Source: Acidobacteriota bacterium (lineage in GTDB: Bacteria; Acidobacteriota; Vicinamibacteria; Vicinamibacterales; UBA2999). From it: a DNA stretch of 64,000 bases. The stretch spans positions 538-64,537 of the forward strand of contig JACPTI010000065.1 in NCBI GenBank assembly GCA_016192845.1. Reading direction: 5' to 3'. The stretch's first letter is position 1. Each line of letters begins with the position of its first letter. Of this stretch, positions 1 through 8,772 are shown piece by piece. Below the pieces are notes generated by a model. The model was not told where the DNA came from, made no database searches, and worked only from the letters and a program-made list of their open reading frames with translations. The position numbers and the translations under genes are program-made.

Positions 1-589
1 ACAGCGCCTCGGCCGCAGCGATCTGGTCGGCGGTCATATTGATTTGCACGTGCCAGCCGAGGCCCGCCACCCGCTTCGCGAGCGGCTCGATCATGTCGAA
101 CGTGACGACGGCGGTGGCCGGGTCGGTGAGGCTGAACCGGATGCCGCGAATGCCGCCGCCGTGCAGCTCCTTCAGCTCCGCATCGGTGATCGTCGGATGG
201 ATGACGGCGACGCCTCGCGCATTAGGTGCGAGCTGCGCGATCGCATCGACGGTGACGCGATTGTCGGTCGCGTAGTTGCGCGGGGTGACAATGACGACAC
301 GGGTCGTGCCGATCCGTTTCTGTAGAAGCCGGTACTGCGGCACTGCGGCATTGGTCGGGGCCACGCGTTGGCTCGGCGGCATCGGGAAGCGTGCCGGGTC
401 GTAGATGTGCATGTGGCAGTCGCAGGCGCGTGGGGGCGTCTTGAGCTGTGGCGGCGCGGTGCCCGACGAGTTCGGGACGGCGAGCTGGGCGTGCGACGTG
501 CGCGGCCGTGCGGCCAGTCCCGCGCTCAGCGCAGCGACTCCCGCCCGTTCGAGGAAGGTTCGCCGGGTCAGTCCGTCATCGCCGGCCAT
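1..589 (-). CDS. amidohydrolase-family (TIM-barrel metal-dependent hydrolase) protein with Tat-type signal; 3' end runs off the window
   Basis: Own translation of the minus strand; absent from the ORF track because there is no stop in the window. Sequence MAGDDGLTRRTFLERAGVAALSAGLAA...CDCHMHIYDP...RVVIVTPRNY... shows a twin-arginine RRTFLE motif and a DxHxH-type metal motif. ATG at 589-587. Confidence 0.7.
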   Translation of the reverse strand, partial: MAGDDGLTRRTFLERAGVAALSAGLAARPRTSHAQLAVPNSSGTAPPQLKTPPRACDCHMHIYDPARFPMPPSQRVAPTNAAVPQYRLLQKRIGTTRVVIVTPRNYATDNRVTVDAIAQLAPNARGVAVIHPTITDAELKELHGGGIRGIRFSLTDPATAVVTFDMIEPLAKRVAGLGWHVQINMTADQIAAAEAL

Positions 590-637
590 GATGGCGGCCA
601 CATGCTAGCACGCGGGGGGGTGGCCCGCCCGCCGCAT

Positions 638-982
638 TCAGGAGCCGACCGGCTTGCCAGCCGACTGGATGATTTCGTGCATCTCGAACACGCTGGGGCC
701 GGCGAACATCTCCCTGGGCGGCTGCTGCGAGTGCGCCGTCCGGAAGTCCTCGCTCTCGGTCCACGCAATGAAGTCCTCTTTTCGCTCCCAGTACGTGAGC
801 ACGACGTGGTAGTCGGAGCCGCCCATCTGCTGTCCGCGCAGCGTGATCGATTCCGGCCGCAGGATCTCCAGCCGTATGAAGCCGGGATGCCGTTCGACCA
901 GCCCCGCACGTTTCGAGAACCGCGCGGCAAACTCCGCTTCCTGCCCTTTGACCACGGGGACGCGATTCGATACCACCACCAT
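638..982 (-). CDS. antibiotic-biosynthesis-monooxygenase (ABM) domain protein
   Basis: 114-aa ORF with size and ferredoxin-like dimeric alpha-beta pattern (VVVSNRVPV...FIRLEILRP...HVVLTYWERKEDFIAW) typical of the ABM/IsdG-like family. Confidence 0.75.
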   Translation of the reverse strand: MVVVSNRVPVVKGQEAEFAARFSKRAGLVERHPGFIRLEILRPESITLRGQQMGGSDYHVVLTYWERKEDFIAWTESEDFRTAHSQQPPREMFAGPSVFEMHEIIQSAGKPVGS

Positions 983-1396
983 GGAAAGCTCCTGAGGTTG
1001 GCGATTTGCCGACGAGCGTGCCCCGAATCCACCCCCGCGTCAAGTCTGTAGTCGAAGCCTTCTCCCGGGTCCCCGCACCAAGGGGCGCATCAGGATGGCG
1101 CACGCGTGCGCCCGGCGGCACCGCGCCGAGACGGCGGATCCACGGGTGTCGGCGGCTCGTACCAGAGCTCGATGGCCGTACGTTCTGACCATCGCCGTGC
1201 TCCGGAGAAGGGTGAGGCCCGGCGCGTGCTTGTTACGCCGTCGGTTCGTGCGTCGTCAGGGCCACAAACAGTATTGTGCTATGCGCCGTCGCATTCGCGA
1301 GCACGTCGCGCCTCCACAACTAGAAGGAGACCATCAGATACAGCATCGCCACGGCGAGCACGAGGGCAAAGGCGATGTTGGACGAACGCGGCGACC

Positions 1397-1579
1397 TCAG
1401 GCCGATCGATGAGAACGGAAGACGCTCTCAGCGTCTGACGACGAACAAGACGACTCCGACAAACGAGCACAGGCGATTCTCGCCTCGTGCTCCGCGTACT
1501 CAGCGTGAAAATGTCGCGGCGCGTGATCCGCGAAGTACATCTTGATGACGATCCCGTAGAAGCGGCAGATCTCAGGCAT
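1397..1579 (-). pseudogene. DUF4160-family gene, apparently truncated
   Basis: MPEICRFYGIVIKMYFADHAPRHFHAEYAEHEARI matches the conserved DUF4160 N-terminus from ATG 1579. The remaining ~25 aa look unrelated in all three frames, and a hairpin AGACGCT-CTC-AGCGTCT sits at ~1420-1436. Confidence 0.5.
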
Positions 1580-1833
1580 CCGCCGGAACCGACCTGAGAC
1601 TGGGGAAGATCTCCTCCGGCGACTTGCCCGTAAGCCGCAAGTACATCGCATCGGGACAGATGTCGATGTCAGATCCCCACTCGATCACTCCGTGAGACGC
1701 CAGCCGTACCGACTTGAAGAACGTTGGGTCATTCCACGCCTCGAACACACCACGCCCGGCCAAGTCGGAGAGGTCGACTTCTCCTTCGACACCGTCGTCG
1801 TATCGGAGCCAGATTCGGAAGTTCGGGAGTGCT
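1572..1833 (-). pseudogene. DUF2442-family gene lacking a proper start; in-frame TAA upstream
   Basis: STPNFRIWLRYDDGVEGEVDLSDLAGRGVFEAWNDPTFF...IEWGSDIDICPDAMY is DUF2442-like. The only start is TTG at 1763, inside the conserved core. Family-like residues (KGVSIDAG) continue upstream of the TAA at 1834-1836. The stop overlaps the DUF4160 ATG. Confidence 0.5.
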
Positions 1834-1859
1834 TTAACCCGCGTCGATACTGACGCCCT

Positions 1860-4025
1860 TCAGCGCGTCGTCACGACCGTGGAGGCACCCGGCCGGTAGC
1901 GCCGTTCGAGGTTGGCCGCGATCGCCTCGTCGCTGAACCACACGGGCCGGAGCCTGTGCTCCGCGAACAGCCGGATTTGATCGCGGCTGTGCGGCGAGGC
2001 CAGATCGGTCGTCTGCCCGTACGCCAGCACCGACCAGGCCGTGACGGGACGCGTGAAGTGCACGAGCAGGATCCACGCATCGCCGAAGCCGGCAAGCGGC
2101 TCGTCCGGACTGCGGCGGCCGGCGACGCGCGCGCCGTCGGCGGCCTGCTCGAACGCGAGCACACGGAACACGCCGTACCGGCCCGGCGCGCCGTCGCCCG
2201 GCAGGTCGATGTCGCCCATGCGGAACCGATGGACGTCGCCCCACGCGACGCGCTCGCTGTTGTACTGCTGCCGTACGTCAGCCACCGCGCGCTCGAGCGC
2301 CGCGACCGCCGCCGCCCGATCGGCCAGCCCGCGCGGGGTCGTCATCGGCTCCGCCGGGCTCCACGGCGTTGCGAACGGGTCCGGATGCAGCGACAGCCAC
2401 CGGTCGAACAGCACGGCCCCGCGGCTGTCCGCGCGCGCCTGACGGTCCCACGCCGCCAGCGTCTCGACGCCGGCACGAAGCGCCTCCGTTGACGCGTCCA
2501 CCTGCTGCGCGGTCGCACGCAGCTCCGGGATCAGGCGATCGGCCATGCGCATGCGGCTCGAGAACTTGAGCGTCAGCAGGTCGCCAGGCGACAGCACTCC
2601 CGCCGCATCCACCGTCTCGAGCACCGCCTGCGCCCGGAGAGATAGCTCCCCACGCTCGATGTACGACGGATACCGCTCCGGCGTGATCGACGCCCGCAGC
2701 GTCGTCCACCAGGGCGGGTTGTTGGCGTTCTGAATGTAACCCCCGGGCGGATTGAGCAGCGACGGCAGATCGCGCAGCCGGTGCACGCCGCGCCAGAACA
2801 GCCGCCGCGTGTCCGCCGGCACGTCGAGGCTGTAGTCGAAGGCCGGATCCGGCCGCCGCGGCAGCCGCGCGTTCCACGCGTACAGGATGTTGCCCTCGAC
2901 GTCCGCATACGTGTAGTTGGAGGTCATCGTCAGCCGGCGGCCGAGAATGCTGCGGAATGCCTCGAGCGACTCGGCCTGCATCAGCTCGTAAAACCCTTCG
3001 TACTGCCGCCACCACTCGAGGTTCATCGAGCGGACGACGAAGACGCGATCGTCCGTGCGGTAGATGACTGGCCCGAGCGGCGTCTCCTCATACTCACGTG
3101 CGTCGACGAACACTGAGCCGTCCGGCTGCAACACTTCCACCGCCACCCGGCGCCGCTCGAACGAGCGCACGCGGCCGCCGTGCACGAACGCGTCGGTCCG
3201 CCCGGACGCGAGCGGCAGCGCGTAGATGTCCTCGAGATCGGGATCGTTGTTCGTCTGGACGTAGCCGAGCCGATCGTTGAAGCCGGCGCGCAGTACGGGG
3301 ATGCCGACGAGCGTCGATCCGTAGAAGTTCACCCGGCCGGGAATCGTGACGTGCGCCTCCCAGTAGAGCGACGACCACGACAGATGCGGATTGCCGAGCA
3401 GGATCGGCCGGCCGGAGGTCGTCTTCGCCGCCCCGAGCGCCACCGCGTTCGAGCCGGGCGCGTCGGCTGGAAGACCCTCCGCCGGCGCGGGCGCGACGGC
3501 AGCAGGCGCGTACTTCGCGATCAGATCGGCGGGCGGCCGGAGCGCCGCGAGAATCCCGAACATCCGCCCGTACGCGAGCGGATCCGACGCCTCCACGGTC
3601 GGCATCCACGCCGGCAGCGCGTCGCGGCGCTCCGTCACGTACTGATTGACCCCTGCCGCGAACCCCTGCAGCCACCGCCGGAACCGTCTGCCGGTCTCGT
3701 CCGCGAGCGCCCGCCGCGCGGCCGCGCGATTGTCGAGACGCCGCATCGCGAGATCGCTGTCGGCGTGCGCCGCGCCGAAATGGCGCGCCGCCTCCCCGCG
3801 CGCCTGCAGGTAGCGCCGGCCGATCTCGGACGCGTGATCCTCGGCCATCGCGTAGCCGAACGCGAAGCCGGCCGCCTCCTCGTCCTCGGCCAGGATGTGC
3901 GGAATGCCGAACGTGTCGCGGCGGATTTCGGCGCGGTCGGCCGCCGCGCGTGCGCCCAGGAGCGACGGACCGCTCGCGAGCAGGAGCAGGGCCGCCGCGA
4001 CGGCCGCCGCCAGAAGCGGTTTCAT
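1860..4025 (-). CDS. penicillin acylase family protein (Ntn hydrolase; AHL-acylase/PvdQ-like)
   Basis: ORF 1860..4184 trimmed to ATG 4025, which gives the signal peptide MKPLLAAAVAAALLLLASG. Nucleophile context APGSNAVALGAAKTTSGRPILLGNPHLSW. Length is typical of alpha/beta acylase precursors. Confidence 0.85.
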   Translation of the reverse strand: MKPLLAAAVAAALLLLASGPSLLGARAAADRAEIRRDTFGIPHILAEDEEAAGFAFGYAMAEDHASEIGRRYLQARGEAARHFGAAHADSDLAMRRLDNRAAARRALADETGRRFRRWLQGFAAGVNQYVTERRDALPAWMPTVEASDPLAYGRMFGILAALRPPADLIAKYAPAAVAPAPAEGLPADAPGSNAVALGAAKTTSGRPILLGNPHLSWSSLYWEAHVTIPGRVNFYGSTLVGIPVLRAGFNDRLGYVQTNNDPDLEDIYALPLASGRTDAFVHGGRVRSFERRRVAVEVLQPDGSVFVDAREYEETPLGPVIYRTDDRVFVVRSMNLEWWRQYEGFYELMQAESLEAFRSILGRRLTMTSNYTYADVEGNILYAWNARLPRRPDPAFDYSLDVPADTRRLFWRGVHRLRDLPSLLNPPGGYIQNANNPPWWTTLRASITPERYPSYIERGELSLRAQAVLETVDAAGVLSPGDLLTLKFSSRMRMADRLIPELRATAQQVDASTEALRAGVETLAAWDRQARADSRGAVLFDRWLSLHPDPFATPWSPAEPMTTPRGLADRAAAVAALERAVADVRQQYNSERVAWGDVHRFRMGDIDLPGDGAPGRYGVFRVLAFEQAADGARVAGRRSPDEPLAGFGDAWILLVHFTRPVTAWSVLAYGQTTDLASPHSRDQIRLFAEHRLRPVWFSDEAIAANLERRYRPGASTVVTTR

Positions 4026-4186
4026 AACCTGCCGCCCGCCGCTGCGAGAGGTGGTATGTCCTCCGTCAAACCGGCTCCGCTCGTCATGCATCCCGCTGCA
4101 CTCGAGCATCCGCTCTCGCTGCGCACTTACGCCTCCCACGGTTTGCCTCCGGACATACCACCTCTCGCCACGTCGCTGCGGCATGG

Positions 4187-4520
4187 GGCGTGATGCCTCC
4201 GAAGCAAACTGTAGTCAGCGGAAGCGCGCAGCGAGGCACGTTGTTCGCGTTGTGGCCGGATGGGAATCGAGCGGAGCCAGTTTGCGGAGGAGGTATCACG
4301 CCTCATGCCGAGCGGTTATGAAACCGGTTTTAGTCCCACGTGCCAGGTCTAAACCCACCGCCTTTCAGGCGGTCAGCTTTCAGCAGGTCCGATCTGATCG
4401 GCTGCATCGAGCTAACGAGCACGTGGGACTAGCGATGCGCGCGCCGTGGCGCGCGCCTATGAACGACTACCGCGTCGGGCTGCGACACCCGCGCGCGGGG
4501 CGACTTTCAGTCGCGCGCGG
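4187..4520. other. densely structured non-coding region (candidate ncRNA or stacked MITE-like elements)
   Basis: Helix 4187-4200/4289-4302 (14 bp, with one G/T position) is extended by 4204-4211/4278-4285 (8 bp). A perfect 13-bp helix 4331-4343/4419-4431 encloses hairpins 4357-4373 and 4382-4405. Further hairpins lie at 4437-4456 and 4489-4520. The 7-mer CTTTCAG occurs three times (4362, 4377, 4504), at the apex of the 4357-4373 and 4489-4520 hairpins. Confidence 0.3.
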
Positions 4521-4535
4521 AGTCTACCGGAACGT

Positions 4536-5498
4536 TCAACGCCAGTCGTCAATGACAAAGACGCCGGGCCGATTGTAGCCGGCGTCGTTCCCCCTGTGCA
4601 TGGCTACGCCGAGACGGTCGGTACGGAACCCGCGCGCCAGCAGTTGGCGATACGCCTCGTGCCGTGCAGTGTTCACGCCGGCCACGAGCCGCGGCAGCTC
4701 CTCGCGCGACGCCAGCGTGGCGCACGCGTCCAGCAGCCGGTCGAAACGTTCGCCCGCTCGCGGCCCGGGACGCGCCGCGCCGAACTTCACGTAGCACGAG
4801 CCGCTCCCGCCTTCCGTGCCGGCGCCATAATGACAGACGGCGAGCGCCGCGAGCCTGCCGTCATCCCACACGAGCACCGACTCGCCCAACCGGTGGGCCT
4901 CCACGGCCGCCATCTCATGCGTGACGTCCAGTCCGTCGTACACCGCGTCGGTCAGCTCGCGGCAGCGCGCCAGCATCGCCGGCTGCTCCGCCGGCGGAAT
5001 CTCGGACAACCGCGACCACTGCGGCGCACCGTCTGGCGCGGCGACCGGCCGCGACATGATCGCCGTCAGACATCCGGGCCAGAAGCCGAACTTCTGATAG
5101 AGCGACAGGTGCTTCGGACTGTGCGGAAACGTAAAGAGCCCCGCCTGCCGGATGCCCCACGCGGAGAAGCGGTCCATGATCGGCTCCATCAGCCGCGACG
5201 CGACCCCGCGATCCCACAGATCGGGGCGGACGGTGAGCGGCCCGAAGAAGCCGACGCTCCCCCAGTTGGCCGCGAAGTTCGATCCGACGACGTCGCCGCC
5301 GATGTCCGCCGCGAACGCAGCCGATGGGTCCGCGCGCCAGCGCGGGCGCACGTAGGCGATGTCGGCCATGAAGCGTGCCGGATCCGGCGCACCGAGGAAG
5401 GTGCCGAACGCGAGGCGCAGGACGCGATCGGCCGCGTCGAGATCGGCCTCACGGAGCGGACGTACGAGGATTGCGGCGTCGAGGATGCCCTCTGTCAT
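4536..5498 (-). CDS. GNAT-family N-acetyltransferase (two-domain)
   Basis: 320-aa ORF with an acetyl-CoA-binding-type segment (...TVRPDLWDRGVASRLMEPIM...) and a second GNAT-like half. No competing ORF with protein-like composition. Confidence 0.75.
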   Translation of the reverse strand: MTEGILDAAILVRPLREADLDAADRVLRLAFGTFLGAPDPARFMADIAYVRPRWRADPSAAFAADIGGDVVGSNFAANWGSVGFFGPLTVRPDLWDRGVASRLMEPIMDRFSAWGIRQAGLFTFPHSPKHLSLYQKFGFWPGCLTAIMSRPVAAPDGAPQWSRLSEIPPAEQPAMLARCRELTDAVYDGLDVTHEMAAVEAHRLGESVLVWDDGRLAALAVCHYGAGTEGGSGSCYVKFGAARPGPRAGERFDRLLDACATLASREELPRLVAGVNTARHEAYRQLLARGFRTDRLGVAMHRGNDAGYNRPGVFVIDDWR

Positions 5499-5576
5499 CG
5501 CGGCTCGTCCCCCGGCAAGATGACATAGAATCTCGGTCTCCAGCCATCACACATGTCGCAAGCGAGGTCAAAACGT

Positions 5577-6026
5577 ATGACGTGGGTCATGTTCGTCCTG
5601 GGAGCGGTGTTGTCGTGGGGCGCGTACGGCGCGCTCCTCCACATGGGACAGACGCAGCTCGGCAATCCACTGAAGGCCCTTCTCTGCGTCGGCGTCGCGT
5701 ACTTCTTGATTGGCGTGCTCGTCCCGGTGGCGGGCCTGAGCGCGCAGGGCGACCTCGGCGGATTCAACCCCGGCGGACTCGTCACCGCTACCGTGGCCGG
5801 CGCGCTCGGCGCCGCGGGCGCCGCGTGCATCATCTGGTCGTTCCGCGCCGGCGGGCTGCCGGTCTACGTGATGCCGCTCGTTTTCGGCGGCGCGCCGATC
5901 GTCAACGTATTCGTCGCGATGGCGATTCACCCCCCGAAGCAGGCACTGAATCCGCTGCTCTTCGTCGGCTTCGTGCTGGCGTCGGTCGGCGCGGCCATGG
6001 TGCTGTACTACCGGCCGACCGCGTAG
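5577..6026 (+). CDS. small integral membrane protein (about 4 TM), function unknown
   Basis: ORF 5553..6026. I prefer ATG 5577 because GAGG lies 9 nt upstream. Hydrophobic segments: MTWVMFVLGAVLSWGAYG, LLCVGVAYFLIGVLVPVAGL, PIVNVFVAMAI, LLFVGFVLASVGAAMVLY. Confidence 0.55.
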   Translation: MTWVMFVLGAVLSWGAYGALLHMGQTQLGNPLKALLCVGVAYFLIGVLVPVAGLSAQGDLGGFNPGGLVTATVAGALGAAGAACIIWSFRAGGLPVYVMPLVFGGAPIVNVFVAMAIHPPKQALNPLLFVGFVLASVGAAMVLYYRPTA

Positions 6027-7324
6027 AGATTCCGATCGGTCCTGATGTACCAGCGACCGTCGACGAGCGCCGGCGAGGCGAGCGTCCGCTCCCGCATATC
6101 GTTGACGTGCAGCAGCTCGAACGCCGGCCCCGCCTTGAGCACGAACGTCTCCCCCTCGTCGTTCGTAAAGAACACCTTGCCGTCGGCCGCGACCGGCGAG
6201 GCCGAAAAGCCTTCGCGGCGCGCGACGCCGAGCCTCCCCTGGAACAGCGCCTTCCCCGTCTGCGGGTCGAGCGACGTGACGATGCTCGCCATGTCGTTCA
6301 CCATGTAGAGCTGGCTGCCGTAGAGAACCGGCGACGGCACGAACGGTGAGCCCCGCGGGCTCGTCCACGCCAGGTGCGTCCGCGTCACGTCGCCGCTTCC
6401 GCCCGGCCGGATGGCGAGCGTCGGCCCGGCGCGCCCCGACGAGCAGAAGACGAGGCCGTAGCCGACCACCGGCGTCGGAATCACTTCGTACGTCGTGCCG
6501 CCGCAGCGCCACAGCTCGCGCCCCGTCGCCGGATCGTAGGCGTGCACCCACCGCTGGCTGTTGACGATGACTTCGTCGCGGCCGCCGACGCGCACGGCAA
6601 TCGGCGTCCCCCAGCCGACGTTGGCGCTGCGGCGCGTGCGCCACAGCTCCTGGCCGGTCCGCGTGTCGAAGGCGGCGATGAAAGAGCCGTCGTACTGGTC
6701 CTGATACAGGATGATGCGGTCGCGATAGAGCAGCGGCGATCCCGCCGTCCCGTGGTAGGCCTCCATCGGGCCGAGGTCGCGGTGCCAGACGAGCTTTCCG
6801 CTGAAATCGAACGCAAACAGCCCCCGCGGCCCGAACCACACGTAGACGCGCTGCCCGTCGGTGGCGGGGGTGGACGAGGCGTGGCCGTTCTTGTAGTTCG
6901 CGCCGCTATCGGTCCTCCCTGGCGGCGCGGGCGTCTCCCACAACAGCCGCCCGTCGGATCGACGGAACGCCAGCAGCGTCAGCTTCCGCCCGCCCTCGTA
7001 CGCCGTCGTCAGGAAGATGCGGTCGCCCCAGACGATCGGCGACGAGTTGCCCCTGCCGGGCACCGGCGTCTTCCAGAGAATGTTCTCGGTCGGCGACCAC
7101 GCATCCGGATAGCCGCTGCCGCTGGCGAGGCCCTGACCGGACGGCCCCCGCCAGCGCGGCCAGTATTTCGCGCCCTCGCCTTCGTCCGCGACCATGCGGA
7201 CCGCGGGCGCAGGATCCTGCGCTGACACGGGCGGGGTCCGGCTAAAGCCGGACACGACGTGCGGCGGCGCGCCCGCCCCGAGCCACGCGACGGCGATCGC
7301 GAGGAGCAGCAGCCGGCCGATCAT
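6008..7324 (-). CDS. secreted PQQ-like (BamB-like) beta-propeller repeat protein
   Basis: ORF 6008..7549 trimmed to ATG 7324 (signal MIGRLLLLAIAVAWLGAGA). Recurrent blade motifs (...G..LW...). ATGA overlap with the upstream stop at 7321-7323. Clear paralog of 53494..54720. Confidence 0.8.
   Translation of the reverse strand: MIGRLLLLAIAVAWLGAGAPPHVVSGFSRTPPVSAQDPAPAVRMVADEGEGAKYWPRWRGPSGQGLASGSGYPDAWSPTENILWKTPVPGRGNSSPIVWGDRIFLTTAYEGGRKLTLLAFRRSDGRLLWETPAPPGRTDSGANYKNGHASSTPATDGQRVYVWFGPRGLFAFDFSGKLVWHRDLGPMEAYHGTAGSPLLYRDRIILYQDQYDGSFIAAFDTRTGQELWRTRRSANVGWGTPIAVRVGGRDEVIVNSQRWVHAYDPATGRELWRCGGTTYEVIPTPVVGYGLVFCSSGRAGPTLAIRPGGSGDVTRTHLAWTSPRGSPFVPSPVLYGSQLYMVNDMASIVTSLDPQTGKALFQGRLGVARREGFSASPVAADGKVFFTNDEGETFVLKAGPAFELLHVNDMRERTLASPALVDGRWYIRTDRNLYAVGR
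7236..7260. repeat. REP-like palindrome, family G (GTCCGGCTRAAGCCGGAC + RCTACGT tail), inside a CDS
   Basis: GTCCGGCTAAAGCCGGAC-ACGACGT. It is translated on the minus strand as HVVSGFSRTP, just after the signal peptide of the 6008..7324 protein. Confidence 0.7.
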
Positions 7325-8772
7325 CGAAGGTCGTAGGCCGCCATCTCGGCGAGATTGCGGATGAGCAGGACGCCATCGGCCATTGCAGGATGATTCCACG
7401 TCTTGCCGCTGATCGCCGGGAACCGGACGATCTCCTCGTGCCGCTCCGGCGTCGCGCGGACGAGCGCCAGGTCGCCATCCTCGGTCAGCACGACGAGGTG
7501 GCCGCTCGCCAGCAGCACCTGGCCGTACCCGTAGCGGCCCCCTTTCCATCGCAGCTCGCCGGTCGCAGCGTCCACGCAGGCCAGAATCGATTCATCGAGC
7601 CCGTAGATCAACCCTTCGTGCAGGACCGAGCTGGTGAACTGGTTCTTCATGCGGTTGTTGCGCCAGATCTCCCGCACCGAAAAAGGGACGGCACGTGGAG
7701 CGGGTCCGTCTGGACCAGCCGCCCCCGCCGCAATCAGCTCGATCACGGCCGCGCCGGTGCCGTAGCCCGATGAGAGGAACACACGATTCTCACCGAGGAC
7801 CAGCGGCTGTCCCGCGTTGATGTCGAACGCGGTCCTCCAGGGGAACTCCCACAGCAGATCGCCGCGATCGGGCGACAGGCCGACCAGCCGGGTCGCGGCA
7901 AACACGACGAGCTGCCGGACGCCGCCGAGCGTGACGAGCATCGGCGAGGCATATGCCTGCTTGTCGGAGAGCGACGACCAGACGCGCGCGCCCGTTCGGC
8001 GGTCGTACGCGACCACCGAACGGCCGTCCGGTCCGCCCGGGAGCACGACGACCGTCTGGTCGACGATGAGCGGCGATGCCGCCATGCCCCAGTCGAGGTT
8101 GGTCGCGCCGTTCTCCTCGAGGATGTTCGTGCGCCACAGCATGCGGCCGGTCGCCTCGTCGAGCGCCCGCAGCTCGCCGGTCGCGCCCAGCGCGTAGACG
8201 ACCCCGTCGGACCAGGTTGGCGTGGCGCGGGGCCCATCCCCGCCGAGCGATTCGCGGAACAGCGCATTCCAGCTGGTGGTCCACAGCTCGCGGCCGGTCG
8301 TCACCTCGTAGGCAGCGACCACTTCCTGGGGCCCACGCTGTTCGATGGTGAACGCCCGCCCGCGAGCGATGACAAACGACGCGTAGCCGCCCCCAATCGG
8401 CTGCTTCCAGAGCGGCGTGAGCCCGCCGGCCGGCCACTTCGTTCGAATCGCCCGCTGGCGGTAATGGCCGTCGCGGAATGGACCACGGAAGTCGGTCCAG
8501 TACGGAGCCGCCACGGCAGGGGCCGCCTTCGTCGGCGCGGCCTCTGGAGGCGCGGCCTCGGCAGGCGTCGCCTCGGCCTGTTGCCGGCGCTGCGCTTCGC
8601 GGTGGCGCGCCACTTCGGCCGCGTGCGCCTCCGGGTCGATCTCGAAGGTCGGGCGCGGCGTGCCGCCGCCGTCGAGCCGGATGCGAAAGCCGAAAAACAG
8701 GAAGAGGATGGCAACCACGACGATACCGGCCACGATCGTGACGGCCGCGGTTGCGAGGAGTCGCCTCATCAC
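7321..8772 (-). CDS. membrane-anchored PQQ-like beta-propeller repeat protein
   Basis: N-terminal TM (AAVTIVAGIVVVAILFLFFGF), an Ala/Pro/Glu-rich linker, then propeller blades. The start (GTG 8772 or ATG 8769) overlaps the permease stop at 8769-8771. Confidence 0.8.
   Translation of the reverse strand: MMRRLLATAAVTIVAGIVVVAILFLFFGFRIRLDGGGTPRPTFEIDPEAHAAEVARHREAQRRQQAEATPAEAAPPEAAPTKAAPAVAAPYWTDFRGPFRDGHYRQRAIRTKWPAGGLTPLWKQPIGGGYASFVIARGRAFTIEQRGPQEVVAAYEVTTGRELWTTSWNALFRESLGGDGPRATPTWSDGVVYALGATGELRALDEATGRMLWRTNILEENGATNLDWGMAASPLIVDQTVVVLPGGPDGRSVVAYDRRTGARVWSSLSDKQAYASPMLVTLGGVRQLVVFAATRLVGLSPDRGDLLWEFPWRTAFDINAGQPLVLGENRVFLSSGYGTGAAVIELIAAGAAGPDGPAPRAVPFSVREIWRNNRMKNQFTSSVLHEGLIYGLDESILACVDAATGELRWKGGRYGYGQVLLASGHLVVLTEDGDLALVRATPERHEEIVRFPAISGKTWNHPAMADGVLLIRNLAEMAAYDLR

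Noticed and set aside
1316-1400. Minus-strand hydrophobic peptide tail (...NIAFALVLAVAMLYLMVSF-stop) resembling a KdpF-like mini-protein.
   Set aside because: There is no ATG/GTG/TTG start upstream in frame before the preceding stop. The only internal GTG would give 13 aa.
1095-1438. Overlapping plus-strand ORFs 1095..1412 and 1106..1438.
   Set aside because: They are Arg-rich and non-protein-like, with no start context. The region looks like decayed or non-coding DNA next to the DUF4160 remnant.
4187-4520. RNase P RNA, SRP RNA, tmRNA or a known riboswitch.
   Set aside because: I found none of the universally conserved strings on either strand: GGAAAGUCCGGGC/ACAGAACCCGGCUUA for RNase P, AGGUCCGGAAGGAAGCAGC for SRP (only CAGGTCCG matches), or the tmRNA 3' tRNA-like end. 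It is kept only as an unclassified structured region.
4489-4520. Group II intron domain V-like hairpin (GCGAC-UGAAA-GUCGC on the minus strand with a GC-rich lower stem).
   Set aside because: The loop is a pentaloop, the bulge does not match the 2-nt bulge of domain V, and the AGC triad is absent. No reverse-transcriptase/maturase ORF or other intron domains are nearby.
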